From Octopus sinensis (taxonomy: Eukaryota), in the NCBI RefSeq assembly GCF_006345805.1, contig NC_042997.1, positions 139,066,001 through 139,130,000 of the forward strand: 64,000 nt of DNA, written 5' to 3'. Shown here one piece after another: positions 26,790 to 39,775 of the stretch; the first letter of the stretch is position 1; every line of letters begins with the position of its first letter. The position numbers were made by a program, and so were the translations under genes. The notes under the pieces are model-generated. The model saw only the letters and a list, made by a program, of their open reading frames with translations, was not told the origin of the DNA and made no database searches.

Positions 26790-29700
26790 TTTTTTCTTCT
26801 TTCAAATTTGTTTCCATTTCTTGCCGAGTGTCTTCCCGACTCCTAGGGCAAAGAAACTCATAGCATACATTGGTAGGCCATTAAACCAAACTCAGTAGTT
26901 CGTTCATTTTTTTTTTTTTAAGTTAAATTAAAATACATGAGCAGCAACAGTTCTCACATCGACAATGCTCTTCTCAATACGTGTGATGTACCAGTTAAGA
27001 CAATCTTTTGCACTTCTTGCAGGGATGGTAAGCCAGGGATCATTCTCATATAATTTTCGGTTCCCTTCTTGATCATTCCTAGTGCTCCTACGATCACTGG
27101 TATTGTAACCGCCTTGAGATGCCACATTTTCTCAATTTCAATGAGTAGGTCTTTATATTTTCTGAGCTTGTCAAACTCTTTCGCTGAGATATTATGATCA
27201 CAGGGGATGCTCATGTCGATCAATAAGCAAACTTTATTGTTTTGGTCTTTCACAACAATATCTGGTTTATTGGCCTTGGTGGTTCGGTCTGTATGTACTG
27301 GAAAGTCCCACAGAATGGTTACATTTTCTCCTTCAGTTACAGCCTCAGGGTGGTGATTATACCACTTGTCGGCAGTTTTGATATTGTAATGCCGACTTAT
27401 TAGCCAATGGAGATATTGGCCAACTCTGTCATGTCTTAATTTATACTCCACTGGTGCTAAGACTTTACATCCAGAGATTAGGTGGTCCACTGTTTCAATC
27501 ATGTCGTTGCAGAATCGGCATTTTGGGTCTGCTCCATTTTTTCATCACATTGGCCTGGTAGTTCCGGGTTAATAGGCTTTGATCTTGAGCAGCCAGGATG
27601 AAACCTTCGCTCTCTGCTTTTAGCCCTGAGCTCCGTAGCCACTGATGGGTTTGCTTCTGGTCAACATCAGCTTGTTTGCTGCGGGTCACATATTTGCCGT
27701 GCAGAGGTTTCTCCTCCCACATCTCAGCCAATTGCTCGTGCGCTTTCTTCATTGCCATCACTTTTTCACCTTCTTTGCAACAATAGTTGCCGTACTTCCC
27801 TCGGGTTGTTCAGTTTGGGTATCCTGCACGAGATCAATAGCAAATTTTTTGATTTTCTTTATGATAGAATGAAGCTTCTTTCGTCTCTCGTGATTTTCCA
27901 CGAGCTTTAGCATCCAGTCATTCGATATTTCAAGATATTTGGCCAGTCCAATTGTGGTTGTTTTGTAAGCTAGTTCAAATTGGATCAGGCCTCGACCTCC
28001 TTGGACTCTGGGAAGGTAAAGGCGATCTACGTCTGCCTTTGGGTGGTGCATCCTATTACAACTCAGCAGCTTGCGTATTTTTCTATCTATATTCTTTACT
28101 TCACTCATATTCCAGTTCAACACATTGTAGCTATAAGTAACAACTGGAACTGCTAAGGAATTTATAGCTAACACCTTGTTACGTGCATTTAGTTCAGATT
28201 TCAGGACTGCACGAACTCTCCTATAACATTCCTTCCTGATTTTCTCTTTCATGCTTGCATGCTGAATACCAGAGCCTTCATTTATCCCTAAATATTTGTA
28301 TGTTTGTTCTTGCTCAAGCTCTCTTATGACTGTGTCAACATCTAACACGACTGAATTTGTGGTCTTCACTTTCCCTTTCTGGAAAGTGGCCTTGGCACAC
28401 TTCTCAAGTCCAAACTCCATCCCGATGTCATTGCTGAATGCTTTCACGGTGCGCAATAGGCCTTCAAGTTCATTATTGTCTTTACCATAAAGTTTTAAGT
28501 CATCCATATAAAATAGATGGCTTATTTTTTTATTGGCAATTTTATACCCATACCCTGTTCTGTTTAATTCACTTGTAAGGGGTATTAGGGCTATGCAGAA
28601 TATTAAAGGTGAAAGTGAGTCACCTTGAAAAATTCCACAGTTGATGTTTATATTTTCTGAGGCAAGTACTCCATTAGAGTGGTATAATTGGAGATTCGTA
28701 TTCCACAACGACATATTGTGCTTCAGGAAGTTTGAAATCACAGGGGAAATTTTGAAGATGTCCAGCGATCTCAAGATCCATGGATGCGGTATACTGTCGA
28801 AGACCTTTTTGTAGTCAATCCATGCGGTGCTGAGATTTCTGCGCTTGTTGTGACAGTTCTCAAGGATCATACGATTGATTAGCAGTTGATCTTTGCATCC
28901 GTAAGAGCCTCGCCGGCACCCTTTTTGTTCAATGGGGAAAATATCGTTCTTCTCCATGAATGCATATGTTTTCTCCGCCAGGATAGATGTTAGGATTTTA
29001 TACGTGGTGGATAGACAGGTTATAGGCCGATAGTTTTTTGGAAGGTTGGTTTCGTTATTCTTTGGGAGTAGGTAAGTAATGCCACTTGCTAACCATTCAG
29101 GTGTTTTCTTTGGGTCTCTCATAATTCCATTAAGCAGCTGAACTAGCTTACCGTGTGCGCATGGGAGCGATGCGAGCCAGAAATTCGGCACCCTATCTTT
29201 ACCGGGGGATTTCCAATTATGGGCCTTCGTGAGTGCCTTTCTTAGGTCTGCTATTGGATGTCTTCCCATGCTTGTTGTTGTAATTTTTGGTAGGATCCTT
29301 CAGTTTGTATAATCCAGTCTGCATTTATGTTGTACGTCTTCTTGTCACTCCAAATCCTTTTCCAAAAGTTTTGAACTTCTTCCATGGGAGGGGGGTCTTT
29401 AACGGTTACTTTCTCCTTCCCTATTTCTCTGTAGAATTTTTTGGCATTGGATATGAACAGCTTATTTTGCTTGTGTAAAACTTGTTTCTCTTCTCAAATC
29501 TTCGTATTCTTTGGGCTTTTGCTTGGACTTTTTGTTTCAGCGTTTCTTTTATTGATATCAGTTCTTCTCTTGGTGAGGATCCAAATTTTCTCTTCATCTT
29601 TCTTCTTCTGTTCTGGATCTTACATCATTTCCACATATTAGTTCATTTAATATTGATATTTCCCCTCTCATAAATTCAATCTCTTTTTCAATTTTACTTC

Positions 29701-29805
29701 TCCAGGTTTGATTTCTTCCCAGGTTTTGTTTTCTTTGTTTTTTCGGGGGCATACAGCTGGTTTCAATTGCCCTAGCAGAAGCGTAAATAATTTCATTTAA
29801 CTCAG

Positions 29806-29806
<1 letters not shown>
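26790..29806 (-). mobile_element. R4/Dong-type LINE copy E2 (different subfamily), about 3 kb, frameshifted
   Basis: 503-aa RT ORF 27758-29269 (NYRPITCL, YMDDLKLY), then 27495-27761 and 26954-27502 (RHDRVG, KPDIVV..IDMSIP..KYKDL). (TAA)n tracts on both sides. Confidence 0.95.
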
Positions 29807-29865
<59 letters not shown>

Positions 29866-30240
29866 GAGTAGTTTTATTTTTATAGCGTGCTCTCACTTCA
29901 CTACCGAGTGCAGCTCTGTGTGCCTTGGATATATGCTGTGATTTGTTGTGATGCTCTTACAGTTACTGTATTGAAAGTGTTTTGCGTAGGATGTGTGCAG
30001 TGCCCAGTAGTGCAATTTTCTGTGTGTTATATATATTTATAAGTCCTGGTGTTTTTGTTATGTATTTGTCTGAATATTTTTTATCACACCTAATGCGCCC
30101 ACTATGATAGGAATTGTTTCTGATTTTAGATTCCACATTCGAGTTACCTCTATTTTCAGGTCTTTGTACTTTGAAAGTTTTACCATTTCTTTTAGAGAAA
30201 CGTTGTCATCTGGTGGTATTGATACATTAATTAGAAAGCA
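29866..30240 (-). mobile_element. R4/Dong-type LINE copy E3, 3' end of the E1 subfamily
   Basis: Strongly similar to 24573-24950 (KLSKYKDLKIEVTRMW). (TAA)n tracts on both sides. Confidence 0.95.
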
Positions 30241-30259
30241 TTTATTATTATTATCATCA

Positions 30260-30315
<56 letters not shown>

Positions 30316-31024
30316 GTGAGGACGCATGGCCTTGTGGTTAGTGTGTTCCATTCACGATCGAGAGATCGTGATTTCAATATCTAGAGGGTGCGATCACTTC
30401 GGCACCTGACGCGTGGTACACCGTGCACCTGGTGGTGGTGGAGGTTGCGGTGGTGATTGCATAGTGAAAAGTATGTTTTTTTTCAATTGAACTATGCTTT
30501 TCATATCATCTATTACTTAACGCATGTGCATAAGTGCAATTCCGTGAAACATTCACGCTTATTTACGTGGCAGCAGATATATGCAGTTTAACTAAAGTTT
30601 GTATCATATGTACGGATTTTTTAAAGAGAAAAATGGAAAAATAAGGGCAAATATTTATTTAATGAGTGCAGTGTATTAAGTCAATAAAATTGTGTATAAA
30701 GTATACAAAGTGCATTTAGTAAATAAATAAATGAGTAATTATCGTTTTCTACAAAGAATAATCTCTAATTCGAGCCTACTCTAAGCTACTAAGAATGCGT
30801 GTGGCAACTTGAAGATCCACCCACCACATGTGATAGATTGGCGGTTGCACGGGCGCGAAAGCTACGTTGTTATCCTCATTCCGTAAACGGTGGCTTTTAA
30901 CGGGTGGGGAGCTGAATCATCCTGGGCTACAGAGGATTCGCAATCCAAACTAGGGTCTGAAAGTTTACCACACCATAGTGGCTTACACCATGGTTCCTCT
31001 GCTTTGTGGCAGAAGTAGGAAGAA

Positions 31025-31204
31025 AGAGTGAGAGAAAGTTGTGGTGAAAAAGTACAGCGGCGTTCACCACTCCCCACCACCGGGGGCCTTGTGGAGCTTA
31101 ATTCATTTTGCTCAATAAACACTCACAATGCCCGATCTGGGAATCGAAACCGCGCCCTTACGACCGCGAGTCCGCTGTCCTAACCAGTGGGCCATTGCGC
31201 CTCC
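31025..31204 (-). mobile_element. SINE family C (tRNA-derived head)
   Basis: Minus strand GGAGGCGCAATGGCCCACTGGTTAGG...GGTTTCGATTCCC carries A-box and B-box. Same family as 49110-49388. Confidence 0.85.
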
Positions 31205-31249
31205 ACTGCCTGCTGCGGCTGATGTTCTTGTTACACAGATAACTGCTGA

Positions 31250-31285
<36 letters not shown>

Positions 31286-32087
31286 TGTATGGAATGTTGT
31301 GGTTGGTTAGACAGAGAAACTGGTGAGAAATGCTTTTAACTTAGTTTCGAAGCAGACGCTCTCATGGAAGTATATGTGTCTGTAATAAACGTACAAATAT
31401 AATCTTCAGATCTGATTTATCAAAAGAGGTGGAAATTGGATATGCAAATGGGAGGGTGGATATTTATGGCGAGAAGAACAAAATAAAGATGAAATTAAAG
31501 CCTAAACATTAAAAGAAATATATTTACACTTTAAAATATGGTTTTGTGTTAAAAGAGAATTTGGTAAACTAGTTACATGCAGAGACTCGGTGATAACAAA
31601 GGTAAAAATATCATCATCTTCATCATCATCATCGCTATCCTCATTCAGTTTCTATTGCATCCAGTGTTCAAATCCCGCCGTCATCCAGTTGGCTACCATA
31701 ATTATTGCCCGGTTTAACACCACCACCTGGTCTTTGGGTGATTTTAGTAAAGATCACTGTGTTGCAAGGCATCCGGTCAGATCTTCGTTATGAAGATACT
31801 TCCTCCCACCACATCTTTATGCAAGACTTCGAGGTCCTGTGAAAGGTCATGAACCTTACCTTTCACGTGACAAAAAAGAAAAATTAAAAAAGTTATGCGC
31901 AGCCACGAAGTAACAAAGATATTCTTTATTAAATTTGGACTAATGTTAGTGAATTTTCGAATAAAGTAAGAATACTGAGAAAGTTCTACTTAGGCTGTTA
32001 CCGGAAAGGATATATAGACAATGTGTTTAGTACGCAGGTACGGAAACAGTTGAGGCATAATGTAACACAAACAATACAGATCCCTCT

Positions 32088-32579
32088 TTTATCTTTTCTT
32101 TTCCACTTGTTTCCTTCATTAGATTGCGGCCATGCTGGTGCACCGCCTTGAGGAATTTTAGTCGAACGAATCAACCCAAGTACTTTTGTTGAACCTGGCA
32201 TTTATCCTGCCGCTCACTTTCGCCGAACCGCTAAGATACAGGCGACGTAAACACACCAACACCAGTTTCCATGCGGTGGTAGGAGACAAACACAAAATAA
32301 AGCACACACGCACACACACACATACACACACACATAAGCACACACCACACACACACATACACACACACCACACACACATAGATATAATACGGGCTCCTTT
32401 CAATTTCCGTCTACCAAATCCACTCACAAGGCTTTGGTCGGCTCAAGGTATAGTAGAAGGCACTTGCCCAAGTTGGTCCGAAGCTATAGTAGAAGATACT
32501 TGCCCAAGGTGCCAAGCAGTAGGACTGAACCCAGACCCATGTAGTTGGGAAGCAAACTTCTAACCACACAGCTACGCCT
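32088..32579 (-). mobile_element. SINE family B, full length, with a short internal duplication
   Basis: Head, core, (CA)n and 3' tail all match 55077-55482. The TATAGTAGAAG.(C/T)ACTTGCCCAAG block occurs twice (~32448-32510). Further copies at ~32720-33190, 35110-35570, 44020-44270 (3' half) and 55885-56070 (3' half). Confidence 0.85.
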
Positions 32580-34151
32580 TCAACACTTTTTACTTCTGAA
32601 TCAAATGAAATCCCTAATCGAAGCTCTAAATTGCTTTCACCTTGTATATGTTGGGTCTTTATGAAGTTAAAATTCTTTGAGTCTATATTTTTTATTTCAT
32701 TGTTTCTCAACTTAGTTATCTTTTATTTGTTTCAATCATTGCACTGCGGCCATGCTGGAGCACTACCTTGAAAGATTTAGCCCAACAAATCGACTATAAT
32801 ATATATTTTTTGTTTATTTTTAAGACATTTATTTTACTTGATTTAGATCTTCTGGTGAATCGCCAGGTTAGAAGAACGTAAATAAACCAACACCAGCTGG
32901 CAAGTGGTTGTGGGGGGGGGTAACACAAATACACACACACAAACATACATACACATACGCACATACACACACACACACACACACAAACACACACATATAT
33001 ATATACAGAGAGAGAACGAGAGAGAGAGACGCAACAGGTGTTTTTCAAAGTCTCCGTCTACCAAATCGATTCACAAGGCTTTGGTTGGCCCGGGACAGTT
33101 CTAGAAGACATTGGGCCATGATGGGTTTGAACCCAAAGCCACATGGCTTAGGAACAAGCTTTTCACCCTCACAATTACACTTGCGTCTGTTTGTATTTAC
33201 ATCATAAAACGTAACGGCTTCGCAAAGAAACCCTGTAATTTAGCTAAACATTATTGCTTTTCTAATCATATTAATTCCCTGCGTAGTAATATTTATTAAA
33301 GAGAAACTATGGAGTAGCAACCAATAACCCCGTAACTTAGATTATGTAAGAACTCAAGCTTTTATTTAATTTGCTTTTTAAGCCTAGATTTAATTCTGAT
33401 GTCTTTTGCCGCTATATTTAATTTGAATTTTCAGACCAGAAATTCCTTTGTAACTATGTTTCTATTGATTTACCTTTACCAAAATCGTGTTACTGCAGTT
33501 AATTTTTCCCAGCTGGTTTTAAACCGTCTCGAATTTAACTGACTTTTAATTTCATAACCAAAAATTACATTGCACCAGACAATCCGACAACTTTTCTTTA
33601 TTTACTTTTCATTGTATAACAAAACGGTATAAGATTTATTTTACGCATTTTTAAATATAGCATCTCTGCATAAGTATACCTCCCTTTTTGATATATCATA
33701 ATCTTTTAATATCTAAATTTAATTTTAGTACGTTCATTAACGAAGACTTTACTTTCAACTGATGTTTTATGACTTTGAATGTCGAAATGTATTTAATAAT
33801 TCTACAGTTCTAAATAACAAATTGTAGTTTGTAATCAAAGACACGATCATTTTGATATAAACTTGTTTTCACTTATATTTTCGCATTTACACGTTTAGTT
33901 ATATTCACGTTTTATTCATATGACCATCTATATAGTTTCTTTGTAAGTAAATTAAGAAGTGAAATTCAACTAAAGAGGCTGTTTTTAAAGATGTCATACA
34001 GGTGTTTACACGGATAGATAGATTGATAAGTAGGTAGGTAGGTAGGTACGTACGTAGGTACGTGCGTACGTAGGTAGGTACGTACGTAGGTAGGTAGGTA
34101 AAGACGTCAAGTTTTCTCGTTTTTATAATATAATATATACATACATACAGC

Positions 34152-34182
<31 letters not shown>

Positions 34183-34523
34183 CATACATACATACATACA
34201 TTACGCTACCAACAGTGTCATATCTGAGAGCTAGACAAGTTTCTGAAGACACTCAAAAATCAGCCCAAAACTTCCAGAAAGACCGATAAAAGATTTTAAG
34301 AGGTATCACCACCAGCGTCATTATTTCACAACTCTCGTATGTCACCGAATAAAACCGGTGAGGTAGATATGACAGGGAAATAAATACAGTTTTAAAACAA
34401 TTTAAAACTATAGTTTGAGAACAAGTTTTTCAAGTTCACAAAACTATGCTGCCGTGGCAGACGATTTTTGTGGAAATAAGAAAACACTCTCATGTTAATA
34501 GTTATTGGTGATGTTGCTGTTGC

Positions 34524-34892
34524 AATGTCACTGCAGACTATATAAAAACGTGATAACACCAGTTAGACTAATGTCACTGCAGACTATATCAAAAAATGAT
34601 AATACCAGTTAGACTAATGTCACTGCAGACTATATAAAAAAGTGATAATACCAGTTAGACTAATGTCACTGCAGACTATATAAAAAAAATGATAACACCA
34701 GTTAGACTAATGTCACTGCAGACTATATAAAAAAATGATAACACCAGTCAGACTAATGTCACTGCAGACTATATAAAAACGTGATAACACCAGTCAGACT
34801 AATGTCACTGCAGACTATATAAAAAAATGATAATACCAGTTAGACTAATGTCACTGCAGACTATATCAAAACGTGATAACACCAGTTAGACT
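34524..34892. repeat. Minisatellite, 8 copies of a 46-47 bp unit
   Basis: AATGTCACTGCAGACTATAT starts at 34524, 34570, 34616, 34662, 34709, 34755, 34801 and 34847. Confidence 0.95.
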
Positions 34893-36478
34893 GTCATTAC
34901 CTAATTGTATATGGTTGTTGTCACTCTGAAAGAAAACTTAGGTGGCATCTGCAAATATGCAGTTATGAAACAGCATAAACAGCCTGGGTGTATAACGAAA
35001 TATAAAGAAAGGACAAACTGTGTTTCTGAATCGTTTCAGAATATTTAAATACAAACATAAGAAGTGAGGGGAATGATTCACAGTACCACCAATTATATCT
35101 TTTCTTTTATTCTTTTAGTTGTTTCAGTCATTAGACTGTAGCCATTCTGGAACACTACATTGAGGCATTTTTGTCGAAAGGATCAACTTCAGTACTTATT
35201 TTTTTAAAGCCTGATAGTTAGGTTTCCGCTAAATCACGGGAATGTAAACACACCAAGACTGGTTGTCAAGCGGTGTTGGGGATAAACACAGACACAAAGA
35301 AACATACACCCAGGCATACACAGGCAGATAGATATACGCATACACATACCTACAAACACACATGCACACGCACATACACGTTCACACACACGCACATATA
35401 TACACGACGGGCTTCTTTCAGTTTCTGTCTACCAAATCCACTCACAAGGCTTTGGTCAACCCGAGGCTATAGTGGAAGACACTTGGCCACGTTGCCACGT
35501 TATTGGACTGAACCAAGAATCATGTGGTTCGGAAGCAAACTTCTTACCACACAGCCTTGCCTGCGTCTATATCTTGAGGAAAAATTGGCAAAATGTGTAC
35601 GAAGGTTCTGTACACAAAATATTTTGTAAAAGTTAATGACTTCGTATTATGAAATCAAGACACTGAGTTTAAAAAGTTTGTTGCGGAAACTAATTGAACG
35701 ACGCAATGTTAAATGGATAACGCTCCTTCTCGAATCATACAGACTAATAGGGTTGGCTTCCCGGTTTCTATTTTAAATATATAATCCCCACGTGAACGCG
35801 ACGCCGATCTGTCGCAGGATTACTCTTTTTTTCTTACCAGCTGAGTGAACTGGAGCAACGTGAAATGAAGTGTTTTGCCCAAGAACACAACGGATCTTTC
35901 GGTCCAGAAATCGAAACCACAATCATACGGTCATGAGTCCAACATCCTTACAAATAAACCACGCATCTCCACAGCTTGTACTAACCAGAGAATGAAAGCT
36001 AGATTTGACTTTTGCTAGATTTGAACTCAGGGTGCAGAAAACCGAAACAAATGCCAAACCACCATCTAGTTTACTGGTGGAGATTATATATATATATATA
36101 TTTGTGAATTAAGGCTACCATTGGTTTCATGTTTAGAAAAGTAGGAAAATATCCTAGTGTCTTAACAAGTTTTCAAGCCGATCACATGGAGAAAGTTGTT
36201 CGCCTCTATTTTGGAAAACAGTCTGGCAGAATAGAATAAGCAGAGCGAGAAGACGGAAGTGTCGCTGAGAAGGTAACAGATGTGGGACAAAAGATTTCCG
36301 GACAATGGACATGATTTAGAATAAGAAGAGTAATAAACGAGTGAAGAACGAATATATAGTGCGTGTATTTATTTGCCCCACCCCCAAATGACCATCCCTA
36401 AATACAACAACATCTGTTTCAACACACGACTTCCCATCAGGAACTTTGTAACACAAGCGTATATATATATATATATAT

Positions 36479-36904
36479 ATCTATATAAACGGCAGTTTGT
36501 CTGTCTGTGTGTCTGTGTGTCTGTCAGGTTGTACCCTCACCCTGACCACGGCTTTCAACCGATTCTGATGAAACTTGACACACACATAGCCCAATGTCAT
36601 AATTCAAAACTAACGCAGCGAAAATTTTGAAAAGTTCTCCCAGTTCTGAAAAATAATCGATAAATTCGACATGGGGTGGAGAATCTAAGCTTTTTATGTG
36701 CAACACATTTTCTGTCTAGGGGACACAACTCGACAGCTAGAGACAGCTAGGAACATCGTATACACAGAAGTATTCGAGTGAAGAGAATACATTGCAACCT
36801 ACACATGCGCCTCCGTTCCTTAGAGGGAAAGGACTAGATTGGGATTAGTCGTTGCCTACTAGGAGCTCTTATATACCCGGGAAACGCCGGGCTATGCTGC
36901 TAGT
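36479..36904 (+). mobile_element. Helentron/DINE-1-like non-autonomous element (HINE-type)
   Basis: 5' (GTCT)-type microsatellite, 3' hairpin CCCGGGAAACGCCGGG (36876-36891) and terminal GCTAGT. Embedded in (TA)n on both sides. Confidence 0.75.
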
Positions 36905-37415
36905 ATATATATATATGAATCTACACATGCATATGTCTATAGAAATAAATCGCGAAATTAATGGTCGTATTTTACAATTCCCGTATGTACCTAGGCGTAA
37001 CGGAAGTGATGTCATTATGCATATAACACTTTTACAAGAACAGGTGTGGAGTGTAACTTCAGTTTCGGCCTGCTACCTTTCATTGAACGGCCTAAACATC
37101 AAAGTGAGTGTCACCACACGTTTTCTAAAAGTCAAGTATGAATATGCTCGACATAAAGTATTGAGTAATACTTCAGTTTAATGTAAAATTGTTTTTATTA
37201 TAAATTCGACATAAAAATAAACATTTACATATATATATATATAAATTAATTGTTATCGCCATATTAATATGGCATTCTTATAGATATAAGAATAATCGCT
37301 GCCGCTGGTCAGCTCCATGAGGCCACCGCCATCAAGATAGCTATTGATACACGATCTGTATCCATTATAACCTTCGAACAAGGGAGGTCAGCCGCTTCAC
37401 ACTGCCAGTCCGACA

Positions 37416-37457
37416 GCTACAGACGCGTTTCGGGGTATTGCCCCTTGTCAATGTAGC
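37416..37457 (-). ncRNA. Minimal type I hammerhead ribozyme motif (U3:A8 variant)
   Basis: GCTACA-TTGACAA-GGGG-CAATA-CCCC-GAAAC-GC-GTC-TGTAGC: 6-bp stem I, 4-bp stem II, palindromic ACGCGT stem III, GUC cleavage triplet. Confidence 0.75.
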
Positions 37458-37669
37458 GCAGTCAGACCCGCAGGTGTCGCCACTGACGTCTCTGTTCGAA
37501 GGTTTCTATTTACCTAGTTTCAGTAAACGCTGCCGTAATCTATTTTATAGAGACTTAGTAATTTTAATATTTCTATTATTGAAAACAAGTGGATGTATTC
37601 CACTGAAACTAGGTAAATAGAAACCTTCGAAGAGAGACGTCAGTGGCGACACCTGCGGGTCTGACTTGC

Positions 37670-37711
37670 GCTACATTGACAAGGGGCAATACCCCGAAAC
37701 GCGTCTGTAGC
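37670..37711 (+). ncRNA. Minimal type I hammerhead ribozyme motif (U3:A8 variant)
   Basis: Identical 42-nt motif on the plus strand. Predicted cleavage 3' of C37705. Confidence 0.75.
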
Positions 37712-37963
37712 TGTCGGACTGGCAGTGTGAAGCGGCTGACCTCCCTTGTTCGAAGGTTATAATGGATACAGATCGTGTATCAATAGCTATCTTGATGGCG
37801 GTGGCCTCATGGAGCTGACCAGCGGCAGCGATTATTCTTATATCTATAAGAATTCCATATTAATATGGCGATAACAATTAATTTCCAGTAAACGCTGCCG
37901 TAATCTCTTTTATAGAGACTTAGTAATTTTAATATTTCTATTATATATATATATATATATTAT

Positions 37964-38054
<91 letters not shown>

Positions 38055-38385
38055 ATTCAATCTTTGAGCGAGATATAAACTGTAGCAGTACGGAGTCGTA
38101 ACATATAAATGTTAACCCAACCAAGTGTGGAGTCCTATACAGAACAGTACTACTGACGTTTATAGCCCCAGGAAGACATCTCTTCCAGCTGGCTAAGGAC
38201 ACACATCCTGTGTCTCATTAGTATTTGCGAAGGAAGGTCGTCGCTCTCATCACTAGCCTTACGTGTTACACACGGACTCGAGTTTCTGGATGGTTAGCAG
38301 TCCTCAACGTGTGTTAATCACAAAAGATTCATACAGCATACATATATACATACATATACATATATACGTACATATACATACATAC

Positions 38386-38486
<101 letters not shown>

Positions 38487-38940
38487 TAAAACGATCGAAG
38501 CTAGTAGCTGCTGGATTTTTTATATGTAAATAATTTTCAGCTGTTTCAACTAGAGCTTGACTGGTACTTTATTTTATCGACCTTGGAAACTCGACCTTGT
38601 CATATCCTTCCCAGAAATATGATTCAACGCCTGAAACGAATACGAATTAACGATCTGTTGTTGATGGTGTAATTCCTTGTATGTACGCTTACAAATAATT
38701 AATTATGGTGTCATAATTAGCTAGTCTTTGTTATCTGCTGTTGCTAAGTTCAAATGTCAAATAACTCATGAATAAAAACACAGTATCTACACAATCTTTC
38801 GGAAAAGATCGATAAAACTTTACCAAAGTGTCTCTCAAATTTGTTTTTATAATAATGTACATAAATAATGATTACAATATTATCTCTATGTGAATTTTTT
38901 CACTCACCAAAAGATTGTTTACGTGTTTTTTTTTGTGTGT

Positions 38941-38984
<44 letters not shown>

Positions 38985-38997
<13 letters not shown>

Positions 38998-39736
38998 CAT
39001 ATATATATACACACATATATACATACATGCATACATACATGCATACATACATACATACATACATACATACATACATACATACATACATACATACATACAT
39101 ACATACATACATACATACATACATACGTACACACACACAGTCACACACACAGTCACACACACAGTCACACACACATATACGTACATTCATGCATGCATAC
39201 ATACATACATACATTATACTTTTATAAGAATAATATTCATAGTGACTTCGAAGCTTCAAAGTCCGATCGCGGCTAAGCAGACCTAAATTTCAACTTTGCT
39301 GTCAATACTATTCTTCAAGAATAAATATGTATAGTTGTTTGTATTTTAAGATGACAAAAGTGGCGAAGATGGCAGAACCGTTAGCACGCCGGACAAAATT
39401 CTTAGTGATATTTCATCCTTTTCATGTTCTGAGCTCCAATTCCGCCGAGGTCGATTTTGCCTTTCATTCTTTCGGGGTTGATAAAAGAAAAATATGTACC
39501 AGTCAAGTACTGAGTTCGATGTAATCGATTTTTCCTCTTTTCAAAAACTGCTAGACTTGTACCAAAATTTAAAACTCGAGAAGGCATGGTTGTGTGGTAC
39601 GAAGCTTGTTCTCCAACTACATGATTCCGAGTTCAGTCCCACTGCGAGGCCCCTTGAACAAGTGTGTCTTCTAATATAGTCTCGGACCGACCAAAGCCTT
39701 GTGAATGGATTTGGCAGTCGGAAACTGAAAAAAACC

Positions 39737-39775
<39 letters not shown>

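Larger units (their letters stand above)
37243..37943. mobile_element. Penelope-type fold-back element: 282/283-bp inverted arms plus a 58-bp direct repeat
   Basis: 37243-37524 vs 37602-37884 differ at about 3 positions. 37521-37578 is repeated directly at 37886-37943. (TA)n on both flanks. Each arm carries a hammerhead motif. Confidence 0.85.

Noticed and set aside
31760-31900. Possible Tc1 C-terminal relic on the minus strand
   Set aside because: Only a short, weak resemblance (WEEVS..RMP..VI).
34524-34892. CRISPR-like periodicity (also the 184-bp SINE array at 45860-46649)
   Set aside because: No unique spacers, no cas genes, and eukaryotic context.
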